64,000 nt of DNA from Octopus sinensis (GCF_006345805.1 NC_042999.1:117428001-117492000), one strand, 5' to 3'. Numbered from the stretch's first letter, positions 27,488 through 41,442 are shown. Notes: generated by a model not told the origin, from the letters alone. Translations and numbers: made by a program.

Positions 27488-28016
27488 GTGGTGCTTCCCC
27501 CTCGTTATCGAGTATGGTCATTGTACGAAGCTGAATCAATGTTGTTATCGTGCAATGCCTGTGCAAGAAGGTTTTTTTTAAAGTGAGGAAAGGCTGTGCA
27601 CTGAGTCAATTCCACTGACTAAGCAACAGCAGCCATAATCCGAAAAGAAGAACAAGTCAACATCATCGGTAACCACTGAGCCGCAGGTTTTATGTCGGAG
27701 TTATCCCAGTTACCTGAATTACCTTCTCCTAGAAGGATGTCCTAATAAAGACTATGAGTCCTTCATTCCCGATGGTTTAACTGCGCGATCGGGTATTCAG
27801 TCCGATCATTTCTATGTCCCGCGCATGATACAACCTTCAGACATTTATTGGATGGCCGTTGACTCTCAAGAGTTCATCCGCCCTTTGACGGGTTTTGTTT
27901 TTCATCCCGCAGGGTGTCCAATAAACACCCTCCTCACCAAGCAAACTTGCTGGGGTTGCCGGTTTAGTCGCCGACGACCTGACCATGCAACAGGTTGTAC
28001 TGGGTTACATGGACCC
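27488..28016 (-). mobile_element. Non-coding ~530 bp retroelement, probably an RTE-derived bipartite (5'UTR + 3' end) element
   Basis: GC-richer; head homologous to 2751-2920; 3' end abuts (TA)n; no ORF. Confidence 0.5.
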
Positions 28017-28123
28017 TAAGTAAGGCATGTGTAAAATTTGAATGAATTGGTGTGTAGTTCTCAAGTTTTAGGGAAATAAACAGACACACAGACACACATT
28101 CTCATATATTATATATAATATAT

Positions 28124-28156
<33 letters not shown>

Positions 28157-28354
28157 GCATATATATATATATATATATGCATACATACACATACATACAT
28201 ATATATTTGGTATTTACAAAAGAAACGAGCAAAAGATGAAGACGGGTGTGTAAACAGCAAACAGGTTTATTAGAGATACTCATACCCATGGAAGAAGCAA
28301 ATTTGCTTCTTCCATGAGTATGAGTAAGTATCTCATTTATTTCTTTTGCCACAT

Positions 28355-28409
28355 GTATCACTGACGAAGAGAGGGCTCTTAGTAGCTAACTCTGAAATCT
28401 GTCCGATAT
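28355..28409 (+). ncRNA. Minimal type I hammerhead ribozyme (slightly decayed)
   Basis: GTATCA-CTGACGA-AGAG...CTCT-GAAA-tctg-TC-CGATAT; one mismatch next to the cleavage site. Confidence 0.65.
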
Positions 28410-28667
28410 GGTAATAATGGAATTTTTTAGAAATTTCTGTCGACCTTTTTTCGAGTAGCGTGCATATTGTGAAAAAATTATATGGTTAATGGACAATATG
28501 TCCAATTTTTCGGCATATTTGGCATTAGAATTTTTTTCCTTTGCCCTCATTTATGAATTGTTTATAAATTTAACCGTTAAAGGTATTTTTTAATATGCTG
28601 GCCATTGATAAAATCTTTTTCGAGAAAATATATATATTTTTTCGAAAAGAATTTTATCCTCACGTTT

Positions 28668-28714
<47 letters not shown>

Positions 28715-28737
28715 TGTGTGTGTGTGTGTGTGTGTGT

Positions 28738-29392
28738 GTTATACACATTCGACGCTTCCAAAAGCAAAACAAATGCTTGTTTTCATATTTTGTTGTATAT
28801 ATAAATATATATATAGGCAAATTTGTTGTTGAAAATCAACCTAAACTTGAAAAACGTGTAATTGTTTAAAATAAATTTATTTACATATATACCAAACTAG
28901 TTTCAACAATTTTTTTTGTTTATCAATGGTAAAAATTTAGAATTATGAATTAGAAAATCAGATTTTAATGTTTCAATGTTGACAAGTTTAAATGTTCATA
29001 ACAGTCAATAATATAAAAAGTGTGCATCTACTTGTTTAAATGTACAAATGACCCTTTAAGAGAATCTACCAACCAGAAGACTGATGACCGTCCCCACAGG
29101 GAAACCAACCAGGCAGAACGACAAACTTGATCACCAGAAAAACAAGATGTCACCAATATTTAACGAATCAAAAATCAGATCCGCTCACGAAAAAAATTAT
29201 GAATACACACCGAATTGCAAACACACCGTTACAAGCGAAAGTTCCTCCACACGACAGAAAGAGAATTAGAGAAATTGTAAACATACCCCTTTTTTGTTAC
29301 TATTTTCATTTCTTCTTTTTTTTTCTCTCTAAAATCAGTATAACTGAAACTTTGATGATATTTTTTTTCTTGTCGATCAACATTTAAACGTG

Positions 29393-29441
<49 letters not shown>

Positions 29442-31260
29442 ATATATCCTATCTGTGTGCAGTGTTCGTACATGCGATCATGCTCTACAATCCAAATACA
29501 TACACCTTTGAATTCGCAAATATATATCTGACTGTATGTTATGTCTCTGAATATTCCTGCTTCTATATAAGCACTTCTGTTTCTTCTGTTTACATGTAAC
29601 TCTCTTCATTCCAATTTTGTCTCTATATGTGTGTTTCAATTTCTCCCTGTTTGCCCATGTATGTCTGTATGAGTGTCTGCATGTGGAAGTGCATGAGTAT
29701 GCATTTGTCTCATAACTATATATTTACTAGCAAAGCCATCAGATGCTATCTAGATATGTGTCAAAGTAAATAAGAGAGAAGCATGTGATCTTAGGTAGAA
29801 TTAATTGCTATGCGAAACATACTTTGTGTAACCAGCGCATTAAACTCTCACTTATTGGATTATACCAAGAGTATTAATATCACATAACAATAGGCATCAA
29901 CAAAGGGATATTTTTTTGTTACTTTTACTATAACTGGCAACGTTGGATCATCTCACTCTCCACGTCGCCACCTCTCTCCCCATCTCTCTGTCTGTCTGTC
30001 TCTCTCTCTCTGTGTGTGTGTGTGTGTGTGTGGTTATACACATTCGACGCTTCCAAAAGCAAAACAAATGCTTGTTTTCATATTTTGTTGTATATATAAT
30101 ATATATATAGGCAAATTTGTTGTTGAAAATCAACCTAAACTTGAAAAACGTGTAATTGTTTAAAATAAATTTATTTACATATATACCAAACTAGTTTCAA
30201 CAATTTTTTTTGTTTATCAATGGTAAAAATTTAGAATTATGAATTAGAAAATCAGATTTTAATGTTTCAATGTTGACAAGTTTAAATGTTCATAACAGTC
30301 AATAATATAAAAAGTGTGCATCTACTTGTTTAAATGTACAAATGACCCTTTAAGAGAATCTACCAACCAGAAGACTGATGACCGTCCCCACAGGGAAACC
30401 AACCAGGCAGAACGACAAACTTGATCACCAGAAAAACAAGATGTCACCAATATTTAACGAATCAAAAATCAGATCCGCTCACGAAAAAAATTATGAATAC
30501 ACCGAATTGCAAAACACACCGTTACAAGCGAAAGTTCCTCCACACGACAGAAAGAGAATTAGAGAAATTGTAAACCATACCCCTTTTTTGTTACTATTTT
30601 CATTTCTTCCTTGTTTTTTCTCTCTAAAATCAGTATAACTGAAACTTTGATGATATTTTTTTTCTTGTCGATCAACATTTAAACGTGTATATATATATAT
30701 ATATCCTATCTGTGTGCAGTGTTCGTACATGCGAAAATGTCTATACAATCAAATACATACACCTTTGAATTCGCAAATATATATCTGACTGTATGTTATG
30801 TCTCTGAATATTCCTGCTTCTATATAAGCACTTCTGTCTTCTGTTTACATGTAACTCTCTTCATTCCAATTTTGTCTCTATATGTGTGTTTCAATTTCTC
30901 CCTGTTTGCCCATGTATGTCTGTATGAGTGTCTGCATGTGAAAGTGCATGAGTATGCATTTGTCTCATAACTATATATTTACTAGCAAAGCCATCAGATG
31001 CTATCTAGATATTGTGTCAAAGTAATATAAGAGAGAAGCATGTGATCTTAGGTAGAATTAATTGCTATGCGAAACATACTTTGTGTAACCAGCGCATTAA
31101 ACTCTCACTTATTGGATTATACCAAGAGTATTAATATCACATAACAATAGGCATCAACAAAGGGATATTTTTTTGTTACTTTTACTATACTGGCAACGTT
31201 GGATCATCTCACTCTCCACGTCGCCACCTCTCTCCCCATCTCTGTCTGTCTGTCTCTCTC

Positions 31261-31290
<30 letters not shown>
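28738..31290. repeat. Tandem duplication, period ~1295 bp
   Basis: GTTATACACATTCGACGC starts at 28738 and 30033. Units are near-identical and bounded by (TG)n. Confidence 0.95.
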
Positions 31291-31300
<10 letters not shown>

Positions 31301-31322
31301 CAATACGCAGACAATGAAATAC

Positions 31323-31377
<55 letters not shown>

Positions 31378-31494
31378 CATGTCTTTCATTCTCTGCGTAT
31401 TGCACACATATGGAACTAATATTTGTTTATAGAATATAGACAATGAAAGATGACGTAAACAAATAAAAGACAGAATGAGAAGGTTTAGGGTAAG

Positions 31495-31950
31495 GGTGGC
31501 TTCCCAACCATATGGTTCCGGGTTCACTCCCACTACGTGGCACCTTGGGCAAGTGTCTTCTACTATAGCCTCGGACCAATCAAAGCCTTGTGAGGGGATT
31601 TGATAAACGGAAACTGAAAGAAACCTATTGTAGGGACCGCTCGGACTCTCACCTTCGCCATGAACAGTATTTAATCTTCTCTCTTGGCTATTTTGCCCCT
31701 CCTCTCTTCATCTGACACCTACTTTCTCTCCTCACTCCTGTCCACCTCTCCTCCTCTCTTTATCTTACTCCTACTTCCTCTCTTCCCTCCTAACCACTTC
31801 CTCTCTTCATTGAACTCCCCACCGATAGAAGAGACCGATAGAATAAGTTCTAGGCTTAGAAAGAATAAATCCTGGTGTCGATTTGTTTGCCTAAATGTGG
31901 TACTCCAGCACAATCGCAGTCAAATGACTAAACAAGTAAAAGAATAAGAG
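31495..31950 (+). mobile_element. SINE family B with a pyrimidine-rich middle section (~31632-31820)
   Basis: GGTTCCGGGTTCACTCCCACTACGTGGCACCTTGGGCAAGTGTCTTCTACTATAGCC ... GACCGATAGAATAAG...CAAATGACT. Confidence 0.75.
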
Positions 31951-32200
31951 AAATATAATCGTATTAATAATTTAAAAAAACTTATCAACATTCACTAACA
32001 TAATTTCATTATGGATAGTGGCTTCGATTTTGTTCCATATTGAAAACTATTTCTTTTCGATGTAAATTAAAAAAAGAATAGATAACACACTAAGTAGAAA
32101 ACATAAAAATAAAGCTGTCAGTGCCGTTGTTTCTTTAGGTTTCACCTTCAGTACTACCGTTGGGAATTTGGCTTTGGAAAAATATACAATTCCAACTTAC

Positions 32201-32310
32201 AATTTTGAAAATAACTTTGAAATTTTCACGATTACTGCGAATTTATCAACTGATATGTTAACGGCAGCCTATATTTCAACCACGGGAGCGAGTGCAATAT
32301 TTAATCCTAT
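32201..32310 (-). pseudogene. Candidate exon remnant
   Basis: Acceptor tgatgctttag and donor gtaagt; stops in all frames. Confidence 0.2.
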
Positions 32311-32810
32311 CTAAAGCATCAGACAATTAAAATTACAGATCACACATCGTTTTGATACTAGAATAAATTCTCTTTCGCCAACTTCAAAAGAGCACACAAA
32401 GCAGATAGAGAGACCGGATACAAATTGCCGTTACGTCGAAATTTAACAACCACCGGAAGACAGTAATACAATTTTCCACTAGACTTCTATCAACTTATCA
32501 AACCAGAATTACTTCAACGTATTGCCTCCGTTAGAAGATTATGTCGAGCACGAAACTTGAAGTAACGAGAAATTAAATCACTGGATTACAAATGAAAGAA
32601 CGAACGAAATAACATTTGTGTGTGGGTGGGTGTGTGTACATGTACATATTTATATAGATTTGTACGTATATATATATATATACATACATAAATATAATAT
32701 ATAATATATAATATATAATATATAATATATAATATATAATATATAATATATAATATATAATATATAATATATAATATATAATATATAATATATAATATAT
32801 ATATACATAC

Positions 32811-32855
<45 letters not shown>

Positions 32856-32861
32856 ACATAC

Positions 32862-32904
<43 letters not shown>

Positions 32905-33067
32905 TATAATATATATACATATATATATATATTATATATATACACATATATATGCATATATATACATACATAAATATATATATATATACACACATATATA
33001 TGCATATATATACATACATAAATATAATATATTTACATACATATATGTATATATATATATATATATT

Positions 33068-33111
<44 letters not shown>

Positions 33112-33118
33112 TATTATA

Positions 33119-33172
<54 letters not shown>

Positions 33173-33576
33173 TAATATATGAGAGAAAGAGAGTGAGAGA
33201 GAGATACTCAGCTACAGATACACATATAAACCCACAAACTCAATATGTATATTTTCCTATCAAACACGCAAACACACGAATGCATACATATTTCGCTACA
33301 GTGCACTTATGCAATATCTATGCATATATATTACATTACAAAACACTTTTAGGAGGCAGAAGGATATCGTTTTCTATAACAATTGGCCACATCGACCAAC
33401 CTAAAATACATGAACTTAGTTAACCAGTCAATAACAAGATTTCTCTGTTGTCTTACTGTTTTATGTATGATTATTTGATAACCCACTGTCTTACATAAAT
33501 GTTTGTATGATCTAAATGGATTCTTTAATTGATATTAACCAGACAGATACTGTTTGTAAATCTCCGTCTAATCCCA

Positions 33577-33789
33577 TCCAAGGTAGTGCTGAAAAGTTCC
33601 TGGCTTTGGATAAAAGACTATACAGGCGGATCAGTTAATTATGATTTTATTTAAATATTCTCCTCTCAGATTCACTCACAGCAATTCTTCAGTTTTTCTA
33701 TGCGTTGTAAAGGAATTCGGAAGGAATGGCCTGCAGCCAGGCCTTTCTCCACACCCTTAATGCCAGGAATTTTTCAGTTCCTCCTCGTA
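33577..33789. mobile_element. Mariner/Tc1-type MITE
   Basis: TIRs GTGCTGAAAAGTTCCTGGC / GCCAGGAATTTTTCAG...CCTCGTA; second copy at 39158. Confidence 0.75.
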
Positions 33790-34309
33790 TATATTCATAT
33801 TTGTATGTGGATACCAGCAAGGATGCGTCTACATTGTATGTCGATCATCCGATGCCAAACCTACTTCAAATATTGCATATGTATATATATGTATAATCCC
33901 ATGAAGGAGATCTTTGCATTATTGTTAGTCCTCAATCTCTCCCAAACTGCCGTCATATATGTATACATGTGTATACAAGCCAACGAGGACAAAGTGTTAG
34001 AGCGACCTGATTGAAATAGTAGCTACATGTTCCTGAAACTACAACCCATTGTTTTATTGACTGCTTTCTTCTTTAAGCCATATTTCACAGTATTATGTTT
34101 ATATATGTGAGGATGTATGTGTGTGCAGGTATATATAATCATAATCACGCTGTTGGTGCGTTTTAAGTAATGCATATACACGCACACACGCACACACTCA
34201 CACTCAAGCAAACACAAATACATGAGTATACACTATATGCATATAGACCATCGACTTTCTAGATCTGCACCCGATTATCTATTTTGCTTAATCAAAAAGA
34301 AAAAAAAAT

Positions 34310-35145
34310 CTTGTCCCTGTATCTTCAATAGTTGCCCACCGAAGGAACCTAAGGCTTCGGGAGGCGGGGGAGAGTCTCCGGACAAAGTGGAAGAGCTCCA
34401 CTCTCCCGAAGTCAGGAAGAAAAGAAAAAAAAGAAGGAAGAAGAACGGGTCATCTCAGCGGGGAGATGATGTGCCGTCTGCATGTCCCGAAGTTGATCCA
34501 CCAAAAGTAGAAGAAACCACCCCACCCTTAAAGATGATCAATTAATTATCTTTTTCTATAAGGGTGGGGAGGTGGAAACAATAGTAGAACATAAAGAGAC
34601 AGTAGATATGCCCTTCACACGTGATCCCGAATGGCCTCCGCATATACCTGTGGAGGTCATAAGGTTTCCCTTGTGGGAAAGGCTTAAAGGATTTGGGGAG
34701 GAGTGTCGCATATGGCCGGGTGGCCCTTACTCGACTTACATGTGAGGCATGAGAAATTGCGGGATACAGGAACTCAAGCGGCATTGAAGATAATGATGAA
34801 TATATCGATGGATATATCGAAGAGTAGAAGGTGAAAGACCCTCGTTATAGGGTTTGAAACCTCATCTTATTGTATTATTTGTAGTGGTTTATAACCTCAA
34901 TTGTGTGCTTAAAAAAACATGTTAAGTAAGAGGTTTTAGTGCCTCCTTCTTGTAAGAGGTTTGAAACCTCATATTGATTTTTAAAAAAAGAAAATATGTT
35001 TTCGAGAAAAATCCAATTGGCGGGTGTTGGGTTTCGTCTCTCATTTATTCATTCTATTTCATTTTCATTCATTAATGTGTTTGTCCAGCCCGCAAAGCTA
35101 CACACTCTTTGTACTGTCTATGATGACAAATTTTATGAAATAAAG
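34310..35145 (+). other. GC-richer decayed coding-like segment ending in AATAAA; probable retroelement ORF1-derived repeat
   Basis: CPPKEPKASGGGGESPDKVEELHSPEVRKKRKKRRKK..., followed by a UTR-like tail. Confidence 0.35.
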
Positions 35146-35296
35146 TAGCTTGCTTACGAACTATATGGTTTCGGGTTCAGTCCCACTGCGTGGCACCTTG
35201 GGTAACTGTCTTCTACTATACCCTCGAGCCAACCAAAGCCTGGTTAGTGGATTAGGTAGACGGAAACTGAAAGAAGCCCGTCGTATTTGTGTGTAT

Positions 35297-35361
<65 letters not shown>

Positions 35362-35571
35362 ATATATGTTTGTGTGTCTGTGTTTGTTTCCCCAACATCG
35401 CTTGACAACCTATGCTGGTGTTTTTACGTCCCCGTAACTCTAGCGGTTCGGCAAAAAATGACCGATAGAATAAGTCCTAGGCTTCCAAAGAATAAGTCCT
35501 GGGGTCGATGTGCTCGACTAAAGGCGGTGCTCCAGCATGGCCACAGTCAAATGACTGAAACAAGTAAAAGA
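35143..35571 (+). mobile_element. SINE family B (head truncated) with internal (TA)n(TG)n
   Basis: Colinear with 41443-41541 plus 46713-47058. Confidence 0.85.
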
Positions 35572-36113
35572 TTAATACTTAAACAAAATCGAATACCACG
35601 GACCACCTTCCTAATGTAGCACGCAACAGTTCCTCTTTTGAAATGTAACTGTCGAGCATTTGACAGTTACGATTAGAGTTTATTCTGTTACAATTTACCT
35701 ACCTTATATTCTTTTATGCTGAGACACTGTACGCTCCTCGATGATTTGTACTTTACAGAGAAAAGTTTTTAGAGGGCTACTACGTGGTGATAGACGTAGC
35801 TTTAAATATTTTTGCATATCTATATCCATAAGAGGAAGGAGTGCATTTTGTTCTACATGATAAACACATGTGAGTCGTGACAGTTTGGTGGTGCTGAAAA
35901 AGTTATTAATAATAGTCGTGAAGGTGTCCTTACATAATCATGCCTAATTAAAATAGATGTCGGATAATCAGTTGCCGGAATACTAGTAGTGTACGATACT
36001 CATATACCGATGGTATACGCACAGGCATATACATGCATATAGACACTCGCATCTATAGCAACTTGTAAAGTCATACATATATATGTGAAATAATGTAGCT
36101 AAAGGAAAATTAC

Positions 36114-36610
36114 CCACCCTGCATTCTAATTACAAATAGCGTTAACGTCTCATATATGTAATACATATTTATTTACTACTCACAAGGGGCTAAACACAGA
36201 GGGGACAAACAAGGACAGACAAACGGATTAAGACGATTATATCAACCCAGTGCGTAACTGGTACATATTTAATCAACCCCGAAAGGATAAAAGGCAAAGT
36301 AGACATCGGCGGAATTTGAACCCAGAACGTAGCGGCAGATGAAATACTGCTAAGCATTTCGCCTGGCGTGCTAACGTTTCTGCCAGCTCGCTGCCTTTCA
36401 TATATGTAATACAGTGAGTTGTGGAACCTGAATCAGATGAGTTTATTCCAAAAATTAGAAGATAAAAATCTCTGGTAAGGATAGCAACAAACAAGGGTGA
36501 TAAATCCAATAAGGTCGTTTGCGTGAAATTTTTGACAATAAGAACAATAATACCTGAAGTAGTTCGAGTAAGCACCAGCACACTGATGAAAGTAATGACC
36601 ATGCTTTGAC
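36114..36610 (-). pseudogene. Candidate Ig-like exon interrupted by a SINE
   Basis: Acceptor ctattcag; GQSMVITF...FYLLIFGINSSDSGSTTHC resembles the Ig LxIxxxxxxDSGxYxC motif; donor gtaatt at 36113. Confidence 0.35.
36166..36397 (-). mobile_element. SINE family A, full length, 16 bp TSD
   Basis: TSD TCATATATGTAATACA at 36150-36165 and 36398-36413. Confidence 0.9.
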
Positions 36611-38375
36611 CTGAATAGACTTCATAAATGAAGCATATTCTACTCAGATAACAAAGTTAAGAGTGATCAATACATATCTGTATTTGTTATGCAGAGCGTA
36701 CTTCAACACAATGTCTATTTCTATATCAATATCGATCAGTATTAGTTTAGCGAAACCAGTAGATATGCTTCACCGACGATGTCTAATAAGACCAAGACCA
36801 ATTGTCCTTGAGAATTAGATACACCCCATGTGGCATTGTTTATTGTACAGAATCTTCGATCAGCAGAAGTAATTGATATTTTTAAAAAATGGTATATTAA
36901 TGTGAAAAATGTATATCTGACAATCTATATTGTAGAAAACGTGACAGAATAAATTATAAATTGAAGAATGATTTTCAAGTCATGTTGGCAGAGTTTATTT
37001 CAACCACCAGAGTTTTGCTTGTATTATTCAGAAGTGTATTATATTATGTTGGTAAATATAATGATATTTACCCATAACAGGAAAATTAGGGAAAAATGAA
37101 TTAAAATGAGCAATAAACAAAATATCGATGTAGATCCTAATACAAAAATTTAAGTGGGAAGGATATAAAGGATTGGACAAAATCTAATCATATTACGTAG
37201 ACTTATATAGCATGAAATAAATGATTGTTCAGTGTTAAGGTAAAGACTAGAGTAATATAATAACGGGAAAATATTTTAAACGCACTAGTACACTTATCCT
37301 CACAGTTGTTTGGGTTCGGTTTGTAATGTCACAGAAGATATGTTTGCTGTTTATCTATCAGAACAGCATTGGAGGAAAAAGTTACAGAGGTTTAAAAATC
37401 GAAAAAAAAACAACAAAAAACAAACTGTATTTATAGCCAATAGAGAGACAGGAATTTTCTGCGTTTAGTGCGGCGGTTTCAACTTTAAGGTTGTACCCTG
37501 TGAAATTTATAGCTTTTTTAGCGTCTATGAAATGACTTCTTCATTGTAGGTTTCTAAATAAAACAAAAATACCTAATAAAATCAATTTGTATCATCTTAC
37601 TGTTTATTTTGTCGCTTCGTTGATTGTATGCTTTTATTATTTTTAAAATTTGTAACATTAATATATTTGGCTCCATGTGTTTACGCGTATTTCAGTATTA
37701 TGATTACCTGTCATATATTTGTGTACAGCATTAATATATATGTGCATGTATGTGAAAAGGGGGCATCTGTCTCCAAAACTTCGATGTTGAGTAACGTTGT
37801 CATGCTTGGATTTGTACACTACGATAAGAATAACACTGGTCAACAAAGAATTTGTCGCAAGAAGAATACTTCTATCTTATATGTTTTTGCAAGCAAAGTT
37901 CAAAAATTATGTCAAATTATCTGTACTAAGTTCACATATTCCATTTCCCTTCACAATGCCAAGAAACTGTATAAACATCGCAAACAACTTTTGCTATATA
38001 TGAAAAATACGTAAAATATTAAGACAATTGGTGAAAAATATCTATAATAAAATTCTAGTTGATAAATAAATTTTTTTTATTAAAACAAAACACGCGGGTG
38101 AAATAAATCTTGTGTGAAGAATCAACACAATACCATGTGCGGTTGTCATGGTAACAAGCTGTTAAAGCCTCGCTCTTTGTTGATTAGCTAAAATTTCTCA
38201 AATTTGCCAACTCTTATTCAAGATTCTTTAATTTACGAGATAAAATAATTGGTTGATCGTAATCAAAAAACAGAGTTGCATCGATATACCAAAATTGAAA
38301 GTAATCTGAACAAAATTAAAGGCTAAAGGGGGATGATTTTGCGAATGAAAGAGACTAGGTCCATTTTCTTTTCTC

Positions 38376-38408
<33 letters not shown>

Positions 38409-39157
38409 GGGGGGGTTCAACAATATGTGTTGATGCAGTAGAAAAACACTTTAGGTAGCGTAATTCTACATATTCAACAGCACATTGTAAAAATTCATAT
38501 CTCAATACAAAATTCTAAACTTGTAATTATTTACTGAAAGTTCTTGTGAGTTTTATGAGTTAAACATCTAAGAGACGAATGAAAAAAAAATTGGAAATTT
38601 CAAAAATTTGTTTCATTCTTGTCTTTGTAACCGGCGGTAGAATCTATGTTTTTGATATTTTTCGAAATTTTGTCTAGGTATACATAAATAAATGTACACA
38701 TGCCTACACACATATCATTGGACATAAACAAATATTTACACACACACACGCGCGCCCGCATATATGTATTTAGAAACTTTTAGTAATATGTATATATATT
38801 TGGATTTATGTTATACTGTGCTCATTTAATATATATTATTACATACATACACAAACACACGCATCCATTAAATATATGTATAAATATATGTTGGACTGCT
38901 GAAATCTACAAGTTTTTTCATTCTCTCTCTATTTTCTCATTCCTTTCTGTTGAAGAGAGTAAGCTCGAAATATAAAAGACTTGTTCATTTTCCCGTGCGT
39001 CAAACTAAAACACTTGCTTGTTGTTGATACACCTGTCTTTGTAATTTGTTTTTCTATAACTTTCAACTGTATAAATATATATATTTGTATATATGTGCGT
39101 GTGTATATATATAAGCACACATAGAAGTATATATGTATAAATATATTCATAAGCATA

Positions 39158-39374
39158 TACAAGGTGTTGCTGAAAAGTTCTTGGTTTTGGATAAAAGAAA
39201 ATACAGGATGAGTTAATTATGATTTTATTCAATATATTCCCCTCTCAGATTCACACACTTATTGCATTGATCCTTCAGTTTTCTAAGCCTTGTAAAAGAA
39301 TTCGAAAGGTTGGGCCCCCAGTCTGGCTTTTCGCGATACCCTGAAAACCAGGAACTTTTCAGCATCCTTTCGTA
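39158..39374. mobile_element. Mariner/Tc1-type MITE, second copy
   Basis: TACAAGGTGTTGCTGAAAAGTTC ... GGAACTTTTCAGCATCCTTTCGTA. Confidence 0.75.
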
Positions 39375-39400
39375 TATCTAAGTGCGTATATAAACATGCA

Positions 39401-39432
<32 letters not shown>

Positions 39433-39439
<7 letters not shown>

Positions 39440-39799
39440 AAGAAGTAAATATATGGCACAACGAAGTACCGAAATTTACTGGAAATAGCGAACGTAATAA
39501 TACGACGCTAATGTATAGCTTCACCGCGTATGTAGTAGCAAAAATGCGTGAGTGCAACAAACTAGAAAAAATTGTCTTACCTCCAGGGACAACATCTGAA
39601 AGATGAAATACCTTTTCTAGGTATTTCATGTTTCAGATGTTCTCCCTGGAGGTAAGACAATTTTTTCTAGTTTGTTGCACTCACGCATTTTTGCTACTAC
39701 ATACGCGGTGAAGCTATACATTAGCGTCGTATTATTACGTTCGCTATTTCCAGTAAATTTCGGTACTTCGTTGTGCCATATATTTACTTCTTTGTATAT
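39433..39799. repeat. Near-perfect palindrome, 181 bp arms, 5 nt loop
   Basis: 39433-39613 vs 39619-39799; two mismatches seen near the centre. Confidence 0.95.
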
Positions 39800-39876
39800 T
39801 TTCCCTCACGGGCTATTCTCTACTGGAAAGCAATACTCTAGTATTGCATTACTAATTTATATATATATATATATAC

Positions 39877-39907
<31 letters not shown>

Positions 39908-39924
39908 GTGTGTGTATATATATG

Positions 39925-39971
<47 letters not shown>

Positions 39972-40050
39972 ATATATAATATATATATATATATATAATA
40001 TATATATATTATATATATATATATTATATATATATATATATTTTTTTTTT

Positions 40051-40226
40051 TAAATTAACAATTGAGGATAAAATCTTTAAAAGAAATTATCAGTAGTCAG
40101 CGTGAAAAACCTTGTAAGAGAAAAAATCCGTAAATTCTTCCTCTTTGAAGATTTTTTCTCTTACAAGGTTTTTCACGCTGACTACTGATAATTTCTTTTA
40201 AGATTTTATCCTCAATTGTTAATTTA
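40051..40226. repeat. Inverted repeat, ~77 bp arms
   Basis: 40051-40128 vs 40150-40226, abutting (TA)n. Confidence 0.9.
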
Positions 40227-40581
40227 TATTTTTCACCGGAATAGTTCAATACTGAATTTTTATTCCGAATAGACAATTTGTACCGAAATGCATAGATATG
40301 TAAAGATAAACATTCGCACATGCTACGACGAATTCTACGGTTGGCTATCGAGCTTGTAATGTTATGTTTTTCTCTTATATTTCTTGAGTTTGTTGCACTG
40401 ATGAACATAAAAATGCATATTCTGCATTTAAATGCGAAATCACATGTGATATGTAACTGAATTATTTTTTTAAAATGATGTGTTTTGAAGTTTTGCATTC
40501 GGTAAAATTTTGTTTATTTTTAGTAGTTTTGACCGCATTGCTCCCTCTTAGCGTGTTGTATCTACGAATAGTAGTACCCTC

Positions 40582-40640
<59 letters not shown>

Positions 40641-40665
40641 ATATATATATAGTATATATATATAT

Positions 40666-40950
40666 TGGCACTTCAACGGTTACGACGACGAATTTTCCAG
40701 TCGATCTGATGAAAGGTACAGCCTGCTCGTGATATTAACGTGCAAGTGGCTGAGCACTTCTCTGATACGCGTACACTTAAGGTAGTTCTTAGGGAGATCC
40801 AGTGTGACACAATGTGTTTAGGCCGGCCATTTGAAATAGAGAGCCTATGCATTTTTGCCAGAGGAGTGAACTGGCGCTACGTGAAAGAAAGTGTCTCGTT
40901 CAAGAATACAACACGCTGCCGGGAATCGAATTCATTATCCACTAAGCCAC
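40666..40950 (-). mobile_element. SINE, family C-related head/core with a different tail
   Basis: Core match (GTGTCTCGTTCAAGAATACAAC on +) and B-box remnant. Confidence 0.65.
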
Positions 40951-40958
40951 ACACACAC

Positions 40959-41040
<82 letters not shown>

Positions 41041-41308
41041 AATGCCCACGGATAATACAAACTACACTTTAATCATCCCAGGAATACGGACTGTTATCTT
41101 AAGAGAAGTCATTTGTGGAAACGCGCGTAGCGATGCATTGAAATATTTCTAAATGCCATCCAAGGATTATTGTTATTATTACTATATTTATCCTACATTA
41201 TATCAGTATAGCTAGGTGCTACTGCAAAAACTGGTTCACCACTCACCATCATTAGACTGTAGCCAGCATAATGGAATAGGAGCTTTATTTGCATATTCAA
41301 GTAAACAA

Positions 41309-41360
<52 letters not shown>

Positions 41361-41442
41361 CATACATACATACATATGAGCTACATACATGCAAACACAC
41401 CCACACACACAATACACACATACGTATATATATATATACATA

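Noticed and set aside
29078-29112. CTGATGA...GAAA (also in the duplicate near 30375)
   Set aside because: Only 2 bp of stem II, no UH triplet and no stem I.
37628-38014. 128-aa ORF
   Set aside because: No motif; probably chance, or part of a non-coding DNA-transposon remnant.
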